NCBI GenBank assembly: GCA_050264615.1
Contig: JBLNGI010000198.1
Span: forward strand, 1,172-65,171
Direction of reading: 5' to 3'
DNA from: Gemmatimonadota bacterium
Lineage (GTDB): Bacteria; Gemmatimonadota; Gemmatimonadetes; Gemmatimonadales; GWC2-71-9
DNA: 64,000 nt
Part shown: piece after piece, positions 7,516 through 15,899 of the stretch
Position numbering within the stretch: the stretch's first letter is position 1
Layout: the number at the start of each line of letters is the position of its first letter
Position numbers and translations under genes: made by a program
Notes under the pieces: generated by a model
What the model was told of the DNA's origin: nothing
The model's input: only the letters and a program-made list of their open reading frames with translations
The model's database searches: none

Positions 7516-8310
7516 GTGGTGATCGGCGGCGGGTGCTACGGCACGTTTTACGCCGCGCAGCTCGCCAAAGCCAAAGCGCGCGGGAAGACCGACTATCGCG
7601 CCGTGATCGTCGTCGATCGCAATCCCGATTGCCAGGCGCGCCGTGAGCTCGGCGAAGCTCCGGACCGACAGTTTGTCACCTCGGATTGGTCGGCGTTCTT
7701 CGACCAATTCCTACCGGCCGACGGGCCGTCCAGCCGCCCGGCCGGCGATCAGATCGTCCCATCCCCCCACATGCCGCACCTCATGTTCGAATGGGTGCTG
7801 CGGCGCGCGCGGCAGCGCTGGCCCGGACGCGCGGTCTCCGTCGTTGCGGTGCCCGGCACGCTTCCCACGCCGTACGACCGGCCGGGCGGCACCACCGACC
7901 AGACCCGCTACGTCTCGTGGGCCGACTGGATCTGCCCCACCCATTGTATCGAGCCGGCGTTGTGCCCGGCGATCAGCGCGCCCCGGACCTGGGAGATGTC
8001 GGATACGGTGCGCGTGCTCGCGGAGCAGCTGCGCGCCACCGGTCGGCCGGTGCGCGGACCCGCGTTGTTCGTGTGCAAGCATCAGGTCTTTGGCGTGGGA
8101 ATGTTCTCGGCCGACTCGGTGCGCGCCGGGGATCAGCTGGTCGCCGAAGCGGGTGCCGCCGCGGAAGCGGAAGTACTGGTCGGCACGATCTCCAGTTGCC
8201 ACGGGGCGCTGAACCTGTTGACGGTCGGACCGTCGGACGGGCGGTCGGACGGGTTGATTCGCGGGCAGGCGCGTCCGACCCTCCCACAGTCCGACCGACC
8301 GACGTCATGA
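7516..8310 (+). CDS. hypothetical protein with N-terminal GxGxxG dinucleotide-binding motif and a CPxHCxEPxxCP motif
   Basis: ORF 7516-8310. Contains VVIGGGCYGTFYAAQL and WICPTHCIEPALCPAI. GC3 is high. The last ~28 codons are encoded by the GTCGGAC repeat element. Confidence 0.6.
   Translation: MVIGGGCYGTFYAAQLAKAKARGKTDYRAVIVVDRNPDCQARRELGEAPDRQFVTSDWSAFFDQFLPADGPSSRPAGDQIVPSPHMPHLMFEWVLRRARQRWPGRAVSVVAVPGTLPTPYDRPGGTTDQTRYVSWADWICPTHCIEPALCPAISAPRTWEMSDTVRVLAEQLRATGRPVRGPALFVCKHQVFGVGMFSADSVRAGDQLVAEAGAAAEAEVLVGTISSCHGALNLLTVGPSDGRSDGLIRGQARPTLPQSDRPTS
8221..8303. repeat. heptamer repeat palindrome (GTCGGAC x3 / GTCCGAC x2) at a gene junction
   Basis: GTCGGAC at 8224-8230, 8232-8238 and 8244-8250. 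Inverted GTCCGAC at 8273-8279 and 8289-8295. The best stem is GGTCGGACG with its complement in 8271-8280. Confidence 0.6.
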
Positions 8311-8651
8311 GTCCCGAGGATCGCCGCCGCTACCTGGACCACGCCCGCGAGCTGTTTAATGCCGGCGAGTTTTGGCTGGCGCACGAAGCGTTGGAAACAG
8401 TCTGGCGTTCTATTATTAAGGAAGATGAAGCGCGGGTCTGGCAGGGGTTTATTCAAGCTGCCGCGGCGCTGCTGCATCAGGCTCGTGGGAACCGGCACGG
8501 AACGGTCGTCGTTGGAGCGGCGGCCCTCGAGAAGCTGGCCGGACCACAGAGGCCGGAGATCGAGTTCGAAATGGTCGACTTTCGCGCGCAGTTGCTGCGC
8601 GCCCTCGCGGGGGAAGGGAATCCCCCCCGACTGGAATTCACGAGCTCATGA
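8307..8651 (+). CDS. DUF309-like protein
   Basis: ATG 8307 (ATGA overlap with the previous stop), inside tracked ORF 7686-8651. Reads FNAGEFWLAHEALETVWR, typical of DUF309. Confidence 0.7.
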   Translation: MSPEDRRRYLDHARELFNAGEFWLAHEALETVWRSIIKEDEARVWQGFIQAAAALLHQARGNRHGTVVVGAAALEKLAGPQRPEIEFEMVDFRAQLLRALAGEGNPPRLEFTSS

Positions 8652-9619
8652 CAACGCGTGCTGCACTCGTCTACGACGTGATCATCGTCGGTGCCGGTCC
8701 CGCGGGACTGTGCGCCGCGATGTACGCGGGCCGCGGGATGCTCAGGTCCGTGACCATCGAGCGGGGTGCTCCCGGCGGCGAGCTGCTCAACACGGATCTG
8801 ATCGAAGACTACATCGGGTTCGAGAGTATCAAGGGCTGGGAGCTCGCCAAGAAGATGACCGAGCACGCCAAGAAATTCGGCGCCGAAATCGTCACCGATA
8901 CCGTGGAGCGGATCCGGCGGGACGCGGACGGGTGGTTCGACGTCGAGACCGCGCGCGGCGACACCTATCGCAGTCCGGCGGTCATCCTCACCGCCGGTGG
9001 CACCCCCGTGAAGCTCGGCATCCCCGGTGAAAAGGAATACGCGGGGAAGGGCGTCTCCTATTGCGCGGTGTGCGATGGCGCCTTCTTCAAGGGGGAGCAC
9101 CTGGCGGTGGTCGGCGGCGGTGACGCCGCCGTCGAGGAGGCCGACTATCTCACCCGGTACGCCAGCAAGGTGACCCTCGTGCATCGCCGCGAGGAGTTCC
9201 GCGCCTCGAAGATTCTTCAGGAGCGGACCTTTGCCAATCCCAAAATCGAGGTCATCAAGAACACCGTCGTGCCGGAGATCGTGGGCAACGAGAAGGGCGT
9301 TACCCACGCGGTGCTCGAGAACAAGGTGAGCGGGGAAAGGTCCAATCTCGATGTGGGCGGCGTGTTCATCTTCGCGGGATTCAAGCCGAACACGCAAATC
9401 GTCGAAGGGCACGTGGACCACGACGCGGGCGGCTATCTCATCACCGACAACAAGATGATGACGTCGATGGCCGGCCTGTTCGCGGCGGGCGACGTGCGCA
9501 GCCAGCTCACCCGCCAGATCACCACCGCGGTGGGTGACGCGACGACGGCAGCGATTGCGGTGGAGAAGTACCTCAAGGCCCTGCGCGAGCAAACTGACGG
9601 CAAGCCGGTCAAGGTATGA
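8648..9619 (+). CDS. trxB: thioredoxin-disulfide reductase
   Basis: ORF 8648-9619. Contains VIIVGAGPAGL (FAD), redox CAVCDG, and GGGDAAVEEA (NADPH). Confidence 0.92.
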   Translation: MTTRAALVYDVIIVGAGPAGLCAAMYAGRGMLRSVTIERGAPGGELLNTDLIEDYIGFESIKGWELAKKMTEHAKKFGAEIVTDTVERIRRDADGWFDVETARGDTYRSPAVILTAGGTPVKLGIPGEKEYAGKGVSYCAVCDGAFFKGEHLAVVGGGDAAVEEADYLTRYASKVTLVHRREEFRASKILQERTFANPKIEVIKNTVVPEIVGNEKGVTHAVLENKVSGERSNLDVGGVFIFAGFKPNTQIVEGHVDHDAGGYLITDNKMMTSMAGLFAAGDVRSQLTRQITTAVGDATTAAIAVEKYLKALREQTDGKPVKV

Positions 9620-10263
9620 ACGTCGTTCCGATCCCCAACGGCGTGTTCGCCGAGAACTGTTATCTCATCGTCGATGAGCAGGCGAAGCAGTGCGCCGTGG
9701 TCGACCCGGGCGAAGAAGCCGAACTGATTCTCCACAAGATCGAGGAGACAGGCTCCACGCTGGCCGGAATCTGGCTGACGCACGCGCACCTCGACCATGT
9801 CGTCGGCGTCGCGCGGGTGGCGGAGGAAACGGGGGGAGAGGTTCCGGTCTGGCTCCATCCGGGCGACCGGCCGCTCTATGATGCGGTGCCGCAGCAGGCC
9901 GGAGCGTTTGGGCTGTCCCCGCCGCCGGACTTGCCGGCTCCGAACCGCGACATGGTGCACGGCGCGCAGCTGACCGTGGGCCAGCTGCGCTTTGAGATCC
10001 GGCACGCGCCCGGCCATTCTCCCGGGAGCGTCTGCCTGATCGGCCACGGCGCGGCGTTCAGCGGGGACGTGCTGTTTGCCGGATCCATCGGGCGCACCGA
10101 CCTTCCCGGTGGCGATTTCGAGACCCTCATCGCCAGTATCGAACGCGAGTTGCTCTCGCTTCCCGACGACACCATCGTGTACAGCGGACATGGACCCGAA
10201 ACGACCATCGGACGAGAGCGCCGTACCAACCCCTTCCTCACCGGCGTCCACCGGATCGGGTAG
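9616..10263 (+). CDS. MBL-fold metallo-hydrolase (glyoxalase II-like)
   Basis: ORF 9616-10263. Contains the metal motif THAHLDHV plus HAPGHSPGS and GRTDLPGGD. Confidence 0.85.
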   Translation: MNVVPIPNGVFAENCYLIVDEQAKQCAVVDPGEEAELILHKIEETGSTLAGIWLTHAHLDHVVGVARVAEETGGEVPVWLHPGDRPLYDAVPQQAGAFGLSPPPDLPAPNRDMVHGAQLTVGQLRFEIRHAPGHSPGSVCLIGHGAAFSGDVLFAGSIGRTDLPGGDFETLIASIERELLSLPDDTIVYSGHGPETTIGRERRTNPFLTGVHRIG

Positions 10264-10303
10264 GCGCCTCCCCACTCCGGGTGCGCGGCGCCGCCCGCAG
10301 TGC

Positions 10304-10402
10304 ATGCGCTGCGGCGCCGAGGTCCAGCCCAAGCCGTGGGGCTGCAAGAATCCGTGTCGCAATTGCGGATTCATCTACCCGCTCGGCGACTGCTCCGATT
10401 GA
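10304..10402 (+). CDS. small Cys-rich protein (32 aa), possible zinc-ribbon peptide
   Basis: ATG 10304. Encodes MRCGAEVQPKPWGCKNPCRNCGFIYPLGDCSD. About 27 of 32 codons end in G/C, clearly more than in the overlapping frame of ORF 10300-11289. Stop TGA 10400-10402 overlaps TTG 10399 of the next gene. Confidence 0.4.
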   Translation: MRCGAEVQPKPWGCKNPCRNCGFIYPLGDCSD

Positions 10403-11289
10403 ATCACGCGCTCGCCGTGTTGTTGCTTGCCATCGACTGCATCGCGCGCGCGGGGCGCATTCAGCTCGCCGGCCGCGCCGCCGGCGGCGCGCTCTCGTTT
10501 CGTGATGCGTTACGCCTGAATCTGTATGGCGAAGCCGCGTCCACCGTCACCCCCAACCGGCTGGGTGGGGAGCCGGCGCGCTTTCTCGGCATGACCTGGT
10601 CCGGGATGCGCGTGGTGACGTCGCTGGTGGCGCTCGGGGTTGAAGTCGCCGCGGAATGGCCCGTGTTCGGGGTCATCGCGGTCGCGCTCGCCGCCTACTA
10701 CGTGCCCGATTGGAGCGCAGCGGTCGGGCGGTTCCTGACCCACAATCTCGCGCGCGATCTGCTGGCGATCGAGCTGGTCGCGCTGCTGGTGCTGATCATC
10801 ACCTGGGCATTGCAGCGATTAGTGCGTGCCGGCGCGGTCCGGCATCGCGTGCGGCGCCAGTGGCGCGTCGCGCTCGCGCATGTGCGCCGCGCGCCGTGGT
10901 GGGTCCTGTTCGCCGGCGCACTGCTCACCGCGATCAGTCTCGCGGCGCGCGCGCTGATCCTGCCGGCGCTCGTCTGGGGCCATCCCGACGCGCCGCCGTT
11001 CGCCGTCATGTTTTTCGGATCGCTCGCGCTCCTGCACGCGCCGCTGGTCGTGCCGCTTCCGTCGGGCGGCGGCGGCATCGAAGTCGCGTTCCTGTCCGGA
11101 TTCGCGGGCGACTTCGGCCCCGGCCACCAGGTGACGATGCTGCTGCTCTGGCGCTTCTACACGACGATTCTCCTGACCGCGCTCGGCGTGTACCTGTTGG
11201 TACGGACGCACGGGGTGGCGGCGGCGAAAGAGGTGTTCACCGTGGGGTGGTTTCGGCGGAAGCGGTCGGCGCGGGGGCCATCGCCATGA
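10399..11289 (+). CDS. flippase-like / lysylphosphatidylglycerol-synthase-TM-region family membrane protein
   Basis: Tracked ORF 10300-11289. In-frame TTG at 10399. Contains the family motif TPNRLGGEPARFLGM and multiple hydrophobic helices. The start could be GTG 10300 instead. Confidence 0.65.
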   Translation: MNHALAVLLLAIDCIARAGRIQLAGRAAGGALSFRDALRLNLYGEAASTVTPNRLGGEPARFLGMTWSGMRVVTSLVALGVEVAAEWPVFGVIAVALAAYYVPDWSAAVGRFLTHNLARDLLAIELVALLVLIITWALQRLVRAGAVRHRVRRQWRVALAHVRRAPWWVLFAGALLTAISLAARALILPALVWGHPDAPPFAVMFFGSLALLHAPLVVPLPSGGGGIEVAFLSGFAGDFGPGHQVTMLLLWRFYTTILLTALGVYLLVRTHGVAAAKEVFTVGWFRRKRSARGPSP

Positions 11290-11590
11290 GGACGACCGTG
11301 CGTTTGTGCGCGCGCGCGACCCCGTGGGGCACACCCGCGGGGGCGGCAACGAAATCCCCGGACCCGGCGACGATTTCATGATCGGCGATGAGGAAAGTGG
11401 CCTTTCCGCTGAGCACCAGATAGAATTTGTCGGCGCCCGCATGCGTATGGAGCGCCTGCGACTGTCCCGGCTCGAAACAGTTGAGCCCGACGATCAGGCG
11501 ATGCGATCGGAAGCAATCGACTTTCGTCATGGCGTCGCGGCGAAAACTCGCGCGGTCAACGAGATGCTGCACCAATTCGTGGGATTCCAT
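11237..11590 (-). CDS. cupin domain protein
   Basis: Tracked ORF 11237-11626 (-). Internal ATG at 11590 gives MESHELV. The cupin motifs are GQSQALHTHAGADKFYLVLSG and VPHGV. The 3' end overlaps the convergent gene by 53 nt. Confidence 0.75.
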   Translation of the reverse strand: MESHELVQHLVDRASFRRDAMTKVDCFRSHRLIVGLNCFEPGQSQALHTHAGADKFYLVLSGKATFLIADHEIVAGSGDFVAAPAGVPHGVARAHKRTVVLMAMAPAPTASAETTPR

Positions 11591-11639
11591 GGGTGATTCC
11601 TGGCTCGAGACGGACGGTCGCCGCACAGATGGAGGCGTA

Positions 11640-13046
11640 GTGGCTCAAACGCGCATCGAACGTGATCCGCTGGGGGAGCTCCCCGTGCCCACTGAGGCGC
11701 TCTGGGGCATCCAGACCGAGCGGGCCCGGCAAAACTTCCCGATCTCCAATCTGCGCCCCCTCCCCGCCTTCGTCGATGCCGTCGTGTGGATCAAGAAAGC
11801 CGCCGCACTGACGCACCGCGAGACCGGCCGGCTCGACCAGAAACTCGCCGACGCGATCATCGCGGCCGCCGATGAAGTGCTCGCGGGCGCTCACCGCGAC
11901 CAGTTCGTGGTCGATCCGTACCAGGCGGGCGCCGGCACATCGCACAACATGAACGTGAACGAGGTGCTCGCCAATCGCGCCAACGAGCTGCTCGGCGGCA
12001 AGCGCGGCGAGTACAAACCGGTGCATCCCAATGACCACGTCAACATGGCGCAGTCCACCAATGACGTGATCCCCACGGCGATACGGGTCGGCGCGTTGTC
12101 GCAGCTGGCCGCGCTCACGGAGGCCCTGACGCGCCTCGCCCGCGCGTTCCTCGCGAAAGGGAAAGCGTTCGACACGATCGTCAAGTCGGGCCGCACGCAC
12201 CTCCAGGACGCAACCCCGGTCCGCCTGGGCCAGGAATTCACGGCGTGGGGGCACACGGTCGAACGCAATCGCGACCGCATCGTGCGGGCCGCGGACGATC
12301 TGCGCGACCTCGGCATCGGCGGCACCGCTGTGGGGACGGGGCTCAATGCCGAGCCCGAGTATCCCAGGCTGATGATCAAGCACCTGCGCGCGCTGACGGG
12401 ACTGGAGCTGCGCGAGGGCAAGGATCGCGTGCAGTTGATGCAATCGATGGGGGATGCGGCCGGGTTTTCGGGTGCGGTCCGCACGTACGCGGCCGATCTG
12501 GGAAAGATCGCGAGCGATCTGCGGCTCCTGGCATCAGGACCGCGGACCGGTTTCGCCGAGCTGGTGCTGCCGGCGGTGCAGCCAGGTTCGAGCATCATGC
12601 CGGGGAAGGTGAATCCCTCGATTCCGGAAATGGTCAACCAGGTCTGCTTCCAGGTGATCGGCAACGATGTGACGGTCGCGACGTCGGCCGAAGCCGGGCA
12701 GCTCGAGCTGAACGTGATGATGCCGGTGATCGCGCACAACCTTCTGTTCTCGATGATGATCATCTCCAACGCGTCGGGGGTGCTCGCCGAGCGGTGCGTG
12801 GAGGGCATCGAGGCCGACCAGGCGCAATGCGAGTACTGGCTCGAGCGCAGCCCCGCACTCGTCACCGCGCTTGCGCCCAAGATCGGATACGCGGAAGCGG
12901 CAAAACTCGCCAAAGAAGCAGTGGCCAAGAACGTCACCGTGCGGCAGCTGGTGCAGGAGAAGGGATTGTTGAAGGGGAAGGAACTCGACGAAGTGCTCGA
13001 CGTGCGGGCGATGACGGAGCTGGGTGTACCCGGAGAGCGGAAATAA
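11640..13046 (+). CDS. aspA: aspartate ammonia-lyase (fumarase/aspartase family)
   Basis: Tracked ORF 11427-13046. In-frame GTG 11640 gives VAQTRIERDPLGELPVP. Signature GSSIMPGKVNPSIPEMVNQVCFQVIGND is aspartase-like. Confidence 0.85.
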   Translation: MAQTRIERDPLGELPVPTEALWGIQTERARQNFPISNLRPLPAFVDAVVWIKKAAALTHRETGRLDQKLADAIIAAADEVLAGAHRDQFVVDPYQAGAGTSHNMNVNEVLANRANELLGGKRGEYKPVHPNDHVNMAQSTNDVIPTAIRVGALSQLAALTEALTRLARAFLAKGKAFDTIVKSGRTHLQDATPVRLGQEFTAWGHTVERNRDRIVRAADDLRDLGIGGTAVGTGLNAEPEYPRLMIKHLRALTGLELREGKDRVQLMQSMGDAAGFSGAVRTYAADLGKIASDLRLLASGPRTGFAELVLPAVQPGSSIMPGKVNPSIPEMVNQVCFQVIGNDVTVATSAEAGQLELNVMMPVIAHNLLFSMMIISNASGVLAERCVEGIEADQAQCEYWLERSPALVTALAPKIGYAEAAKLAKEAVAKNVTVRQLVQEKGLLKGKELDEVLDVRAMTELGVPGERK

Positions 13047-13068
13047 CTCTCACAGCGGAGACGCACCT

Positions 13069-13485
13069 ATGAACAGCTGGCTCGTTGCGGGGCTGATCGC
13101 AGGCGTCGTAGTGTACATCGTAGACTACGTGATGTGGGGGAAGGTGTTCACCAAGGGGATGGAATCGTTCGCGGATCAGCTGTCGCCGGAACAGATGAAA
13201 GCGTTCATGGGTCCGGCACTCATGAAGTCCGCGGTCCTTGCGCTGCTATTCGGCCTCGTCTTTGCCTACGTGTACGGCCGGCTCCGGACCGCGCTCTGGG
13301 TGACAGGCGGCGGGCCGCTCGCGGGGATGGAATTCGGCACGGTGTTGTGGCTGCCGGTTCTCTTTGCCACGGTGGGCGGCAGCGTCTGGTACACACGCGT
13401 ACGCGCGCTGCACCGCGCGACGATGTGGGCGTGGCTGGCGCGCCTCAATGCGGCGGGACTCGTGGTGGGTTTCCTCATGAAGTGA
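13069..13485 (+). CDS. small integral membrane protein (DUF1761-like)
   Basis: ATG 13069 inside tracked ORF 13024-13485. Reads MNSWLVAGLIAGVVVYIVDYVMWGKVF. About four hydrophobic segments. Confidence 0.6.
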   Translation: MNSWLVAGLIAGVVVYIVDYVMWGKVFTKGMESFADQLSPEQMKAFMGPALMKSAVLALLFGLVFAYVYGRLRTALWVTGGGPLAGMEFGTVLWLPVLFATVGGSVWYTRVRALHRATMWAWLARLNAAGLVVGFLMK

Positions 13486-13553
13486 CAAGAGTCACGGCAT
13501 GAATTGACCGGCTGTCACGGCACCCGCGAGCGCGGCGGAGTAGAAGTTGCACC

Positions 13554-14576
13554 ATGCGTACTTTTTCGATTCTCCTCGCCGCACTCGTGCTTGCCGGCAG
13601 CGCCACTGCCCAGCGGCGCGCGCGGATCGGCCCCACCGTTTCGATCATCGCCCTCGAAGACGAATCAGGTACTCACACATTCCCGTCGTTCGGCGCGAAT
13701 CTGGCCCTGCTATCGGGCGATGACGGCGAGCTCGGTCTCGCCGTGTCCCGTTACAACGATCTGTCGAACAGCACCTGCCAGCGGCAGATGACCTTCTTCG
13801 GCGCCGAATCCAATTACTATCCGGTGGGCTCGAGTGGCGTCGCCCCGTTTGCGTCGACGGCGCTCGGTCTCGCTCGCGTCCTCGATCAAAATCCCGGCCT
13901 GTTGCCCCTGGGCTGCGCCACCGGCGCCGTGCCGAGCAACGAGATCGGCTTCGGTTTCGGCATGGGCATCCGTTTCAATCTCGGTGCCCAGGCGGCTGCC
14001 GTGTTCGAGGGCCGGTTCTTCCAGGTGCCCAATAGCGCGATTCAGACGCTCGAAGGCCGGGCCAACTTCTCGTTCCTGTTGGGACCGCCGCGCGAAACGC
14101 AGCTCCTCAACGGCACGCTCGGACCGACGGTGGGCCTCCTGGGTCGGCTGAGCGGGGCGTTCGAAGGCCGTGGTCCGACGCTCGGCGCGCGGTTCCGTCG
14201 CGATACCAAGAAGGCCGGGTCGCTGGGGCTCCAGGTCGAATACGCGCCGCTGCGCGTCACGTCGAGCTGCACCAGCGGCTGCGAGCCGTTCGCGATCTTG
14301 TTCGCGCCCGGGTATGAGCCGTCCCTCAAGCCGGCCTGGGGCCGGCTGTATCTCGACCTGGGGCTCCTGCTGGCGGGATTCCCCGAGCGTGGGGATGATC
14401 GTGGCATGGCCCAGGGCCTGCACGGCGGCATCGGTGCCGACATCCTCAGCGGTCGCTCGCTCATGTGGAGCATCAACACGCGCGTGTTGTGGCTGCAGCG
14501 GAGTACGGACGCGGATCGCAATGCGTTTATGCTCCAGGCGGGAGTCAGCCTCAGCCCGGCGATCGAATCCCGCTAA
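13554..14576 (+). CDS. secreted beta-rich protein, possible outer-membrane beta-barrel
   Basis: ORF 13554-14576. Signal peptide MRTFSILLAALVLAGSATAQ. Gly/aromatic alternating segments. No named family recognised. Confidence 0.6.
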   Translation: MRTFSILLAALVLAGSATAQRRARIGPTVSIIALEDESGTHTFPSFGANLALLSGDDGELGLAVSRYNDLSNSTCQRQMTFFGAESNYYPVGSSGVAPFASTALGLARVLDQNPGLLPLGCATGAVPSNEIGFGFGMGIRFNLGAQAAAVFEGRFFQVPNSAIQTLEGRANFSFLLGPPRETQLLNGTLGPTVGLLGRLSGAFEGRGPTLGARFRRDTKKAGSLGLQVEYAPLRVTSSCTSGCEPFAILFAPGYEPSLKPAWGRLYLDLGLLLAGFPERGDDRGMAQGLHGGIGADILSGRSLMWSINTRVLWLQRSTDADRNAFMLQAGVSLSPAIESR

Positions 14577-14618
14577 CGGGAGACGAAGCGCGCCCGCACC
14601 CCACGACGCCTCCGGACA

Positions 14619-14648
14619 TTGACTGGCGAAGTGCGCCACGACTAAATA
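14619..14648 (+). promoter_or_regulatory. candidate sigma70-type promoter
   Basis: TTGACT (14619-14624), 18-nt spacer, TAAATA (14643-14648). GTG start at 14655 is only 6 nt after the -10, so the mRNA would be leaderless or nearly so. Confidence 0.3.
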
Positions 14649-14654
14649 AATAAC

Positions 14655-15860
14655 GTGCGTCGAATTTCACTCTTGTTCTTGTGTCTCGCGGGATGCATTG
14701 ATCCCGCGACCCCGCTCCCGGAGTTCGAGGCCCGCCTATCCTCGGGGCACGTCTGGTCTGGCGGCACACTCGAGATCATTTCAGCGGATTTCGGAGGACG
14801 CGATCTTCCGAGCGTTGTGATCGCCGGCGACACACTTGCCGGTGTCCTCGTCAATGACACGACGATGCGGGTGGAGGTACCGGTGCTCGATGCGGGCGAG
14901 TATCCGGTTCGGTTGCTCGGAACCGGATTTGGTAAGGTCATCGCTGAAGTGGTGGTTCATGGTCTCATCGACGTTAGACCCGCGCCCCGCATCGATCGCT
15001 ATCCCATGCTGTGGCCGTCACCCTCGCTCAACCCCACTCTGCTCGCCAACCAAGACGATCATCTCGCGTTCATAGATCTGCGCACCGGCCTGTCAGTCGC
15101 ATTTCCGGACTCCGTCCACAGTCCTTTGTGCGTAGACGGTCCAGGTCCGACTTACGATGCCAGCCGCATCCTGCTGGCCCGAAAGACCTCCCCGGGCGGC
15201 TGCCATCGATTCGACGCGTGGACGTTATCTCCTGATCTCAAGCTGACGCGGGTGGACACCGCCGTCGTGTATGGCACTTTGGCCGCGCAAATAAGCCGAT
15301 CGGTTACGATGGGTTTGGACGCCCACGATCTCTGGACAACCGGAGGGACCGGGACGTTCCGGGGCCGGTACGAAGACACCCGTGGCTTCCGTCTCTGTCC
15401 CCGAGGCAACATTGCGACGATCGTCATGGCCTACACGATCTCGGGAGGACTTCCATTCTTCGACGGCACGACGGGCCTACTGCGTTTTGAGGCTCCGCAA
15501 ATCGTAACCGGAAATGGCGCGGCATTCACGCCGGCTCGTGATACGGTCTATGTAGCCGGGCAGGACAACTCAGCCTCGACTCGGTTTATCATAGGGATCA
15601 CTACTGCGGATGGACGACAGTTCGCTGTCGACACCATACCGGAATATCCTACCGACCTCGCGCTCGATCCCTCCGGTCGTTGGCTGTTCGTTTTGACGGC
15701 CGACGTCATTCTCGTAATCGACCGCCCAACGCTGAAGCCCGTGGGGAGAATGTCAAACCCTATCCTTGGTTACTTCCCGCTCGCATTGAGTGGGGCATAT
15801 CAGGAGCTGTACGCAGTCGACTGGGCGCACGTCGCCCGTTTCGACATAGCGATGCCCTAG
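14655..15860 (+). CDS. lipoprotein with IPT/TIG-like domain and beta-propeller-like repeats
   Basis: ORF 14655-15860. Lipobox LFLCLAGC. GC content is visibly lower (sampled lines 50-62%) than in neighbours (about 65-70%). Confidence 0.65.
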   Translation: MRRISLLFLCLAGCIDPATPLPEFEARLSSGHVWSGGTLEIISADFGGRDLPSVVIAGDTLAGVLVNDTTMRVEVPVLDAGEYPVRLLGTGFGKVIAEVVVHGLIDVRPAPRIDRYPMLWPSPSLNPTLLANQDDHLAFIDLRTGLSVAFPDSVHSPLCVDGPGPTYDASRILLARKTSPGGCHRFDAWTLSPDLKLTRVDTAVVYGTLAAQISRSVTMGLDAHDLWTTGGTGTFRGRYEDTRGFRLCPRGNIATIVMAYTISGGLPFFDGTTGLLRFEAPQIVTGNGAAFTPARDTVYVAGQDNSASTRFIIGITTADGRQFAVDTIPEYPTDLALDPSGRWLFVLTADVILVIDRPTLKPVGRMSNPILGYFPLALSGAYQELYAVDWAHVARFDIAMP

Positions 15861-15864
15861 GCCA

Positions 15865-15893
15865 TTGAATCCCGATAAGGCCTGTCCCATATT
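15865..15893 (+). promoter_or_regulatory. candidate sigma70-type promoter
   Basis: TTGAAT (15865-15870), 17-nt spacer, CATATT (15888-15893). ATG 15900 lies 6 nt after the -10. Confidence 0.3.
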
Positions 15894-15899
15894 CCTCCC

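Noticed and set aside
10300-10398. N-terminal 33 codons of tracked ORF 10300-11289 as part of the membrane protein
   Set aside because: This stretch is an Arg/Leu-rich low-complexity reading with lower GC3 than the overlapping 32-codon Cys-rich frame. An in-frame TTG at 10399 gives a coupled start. The call remains uncertain.
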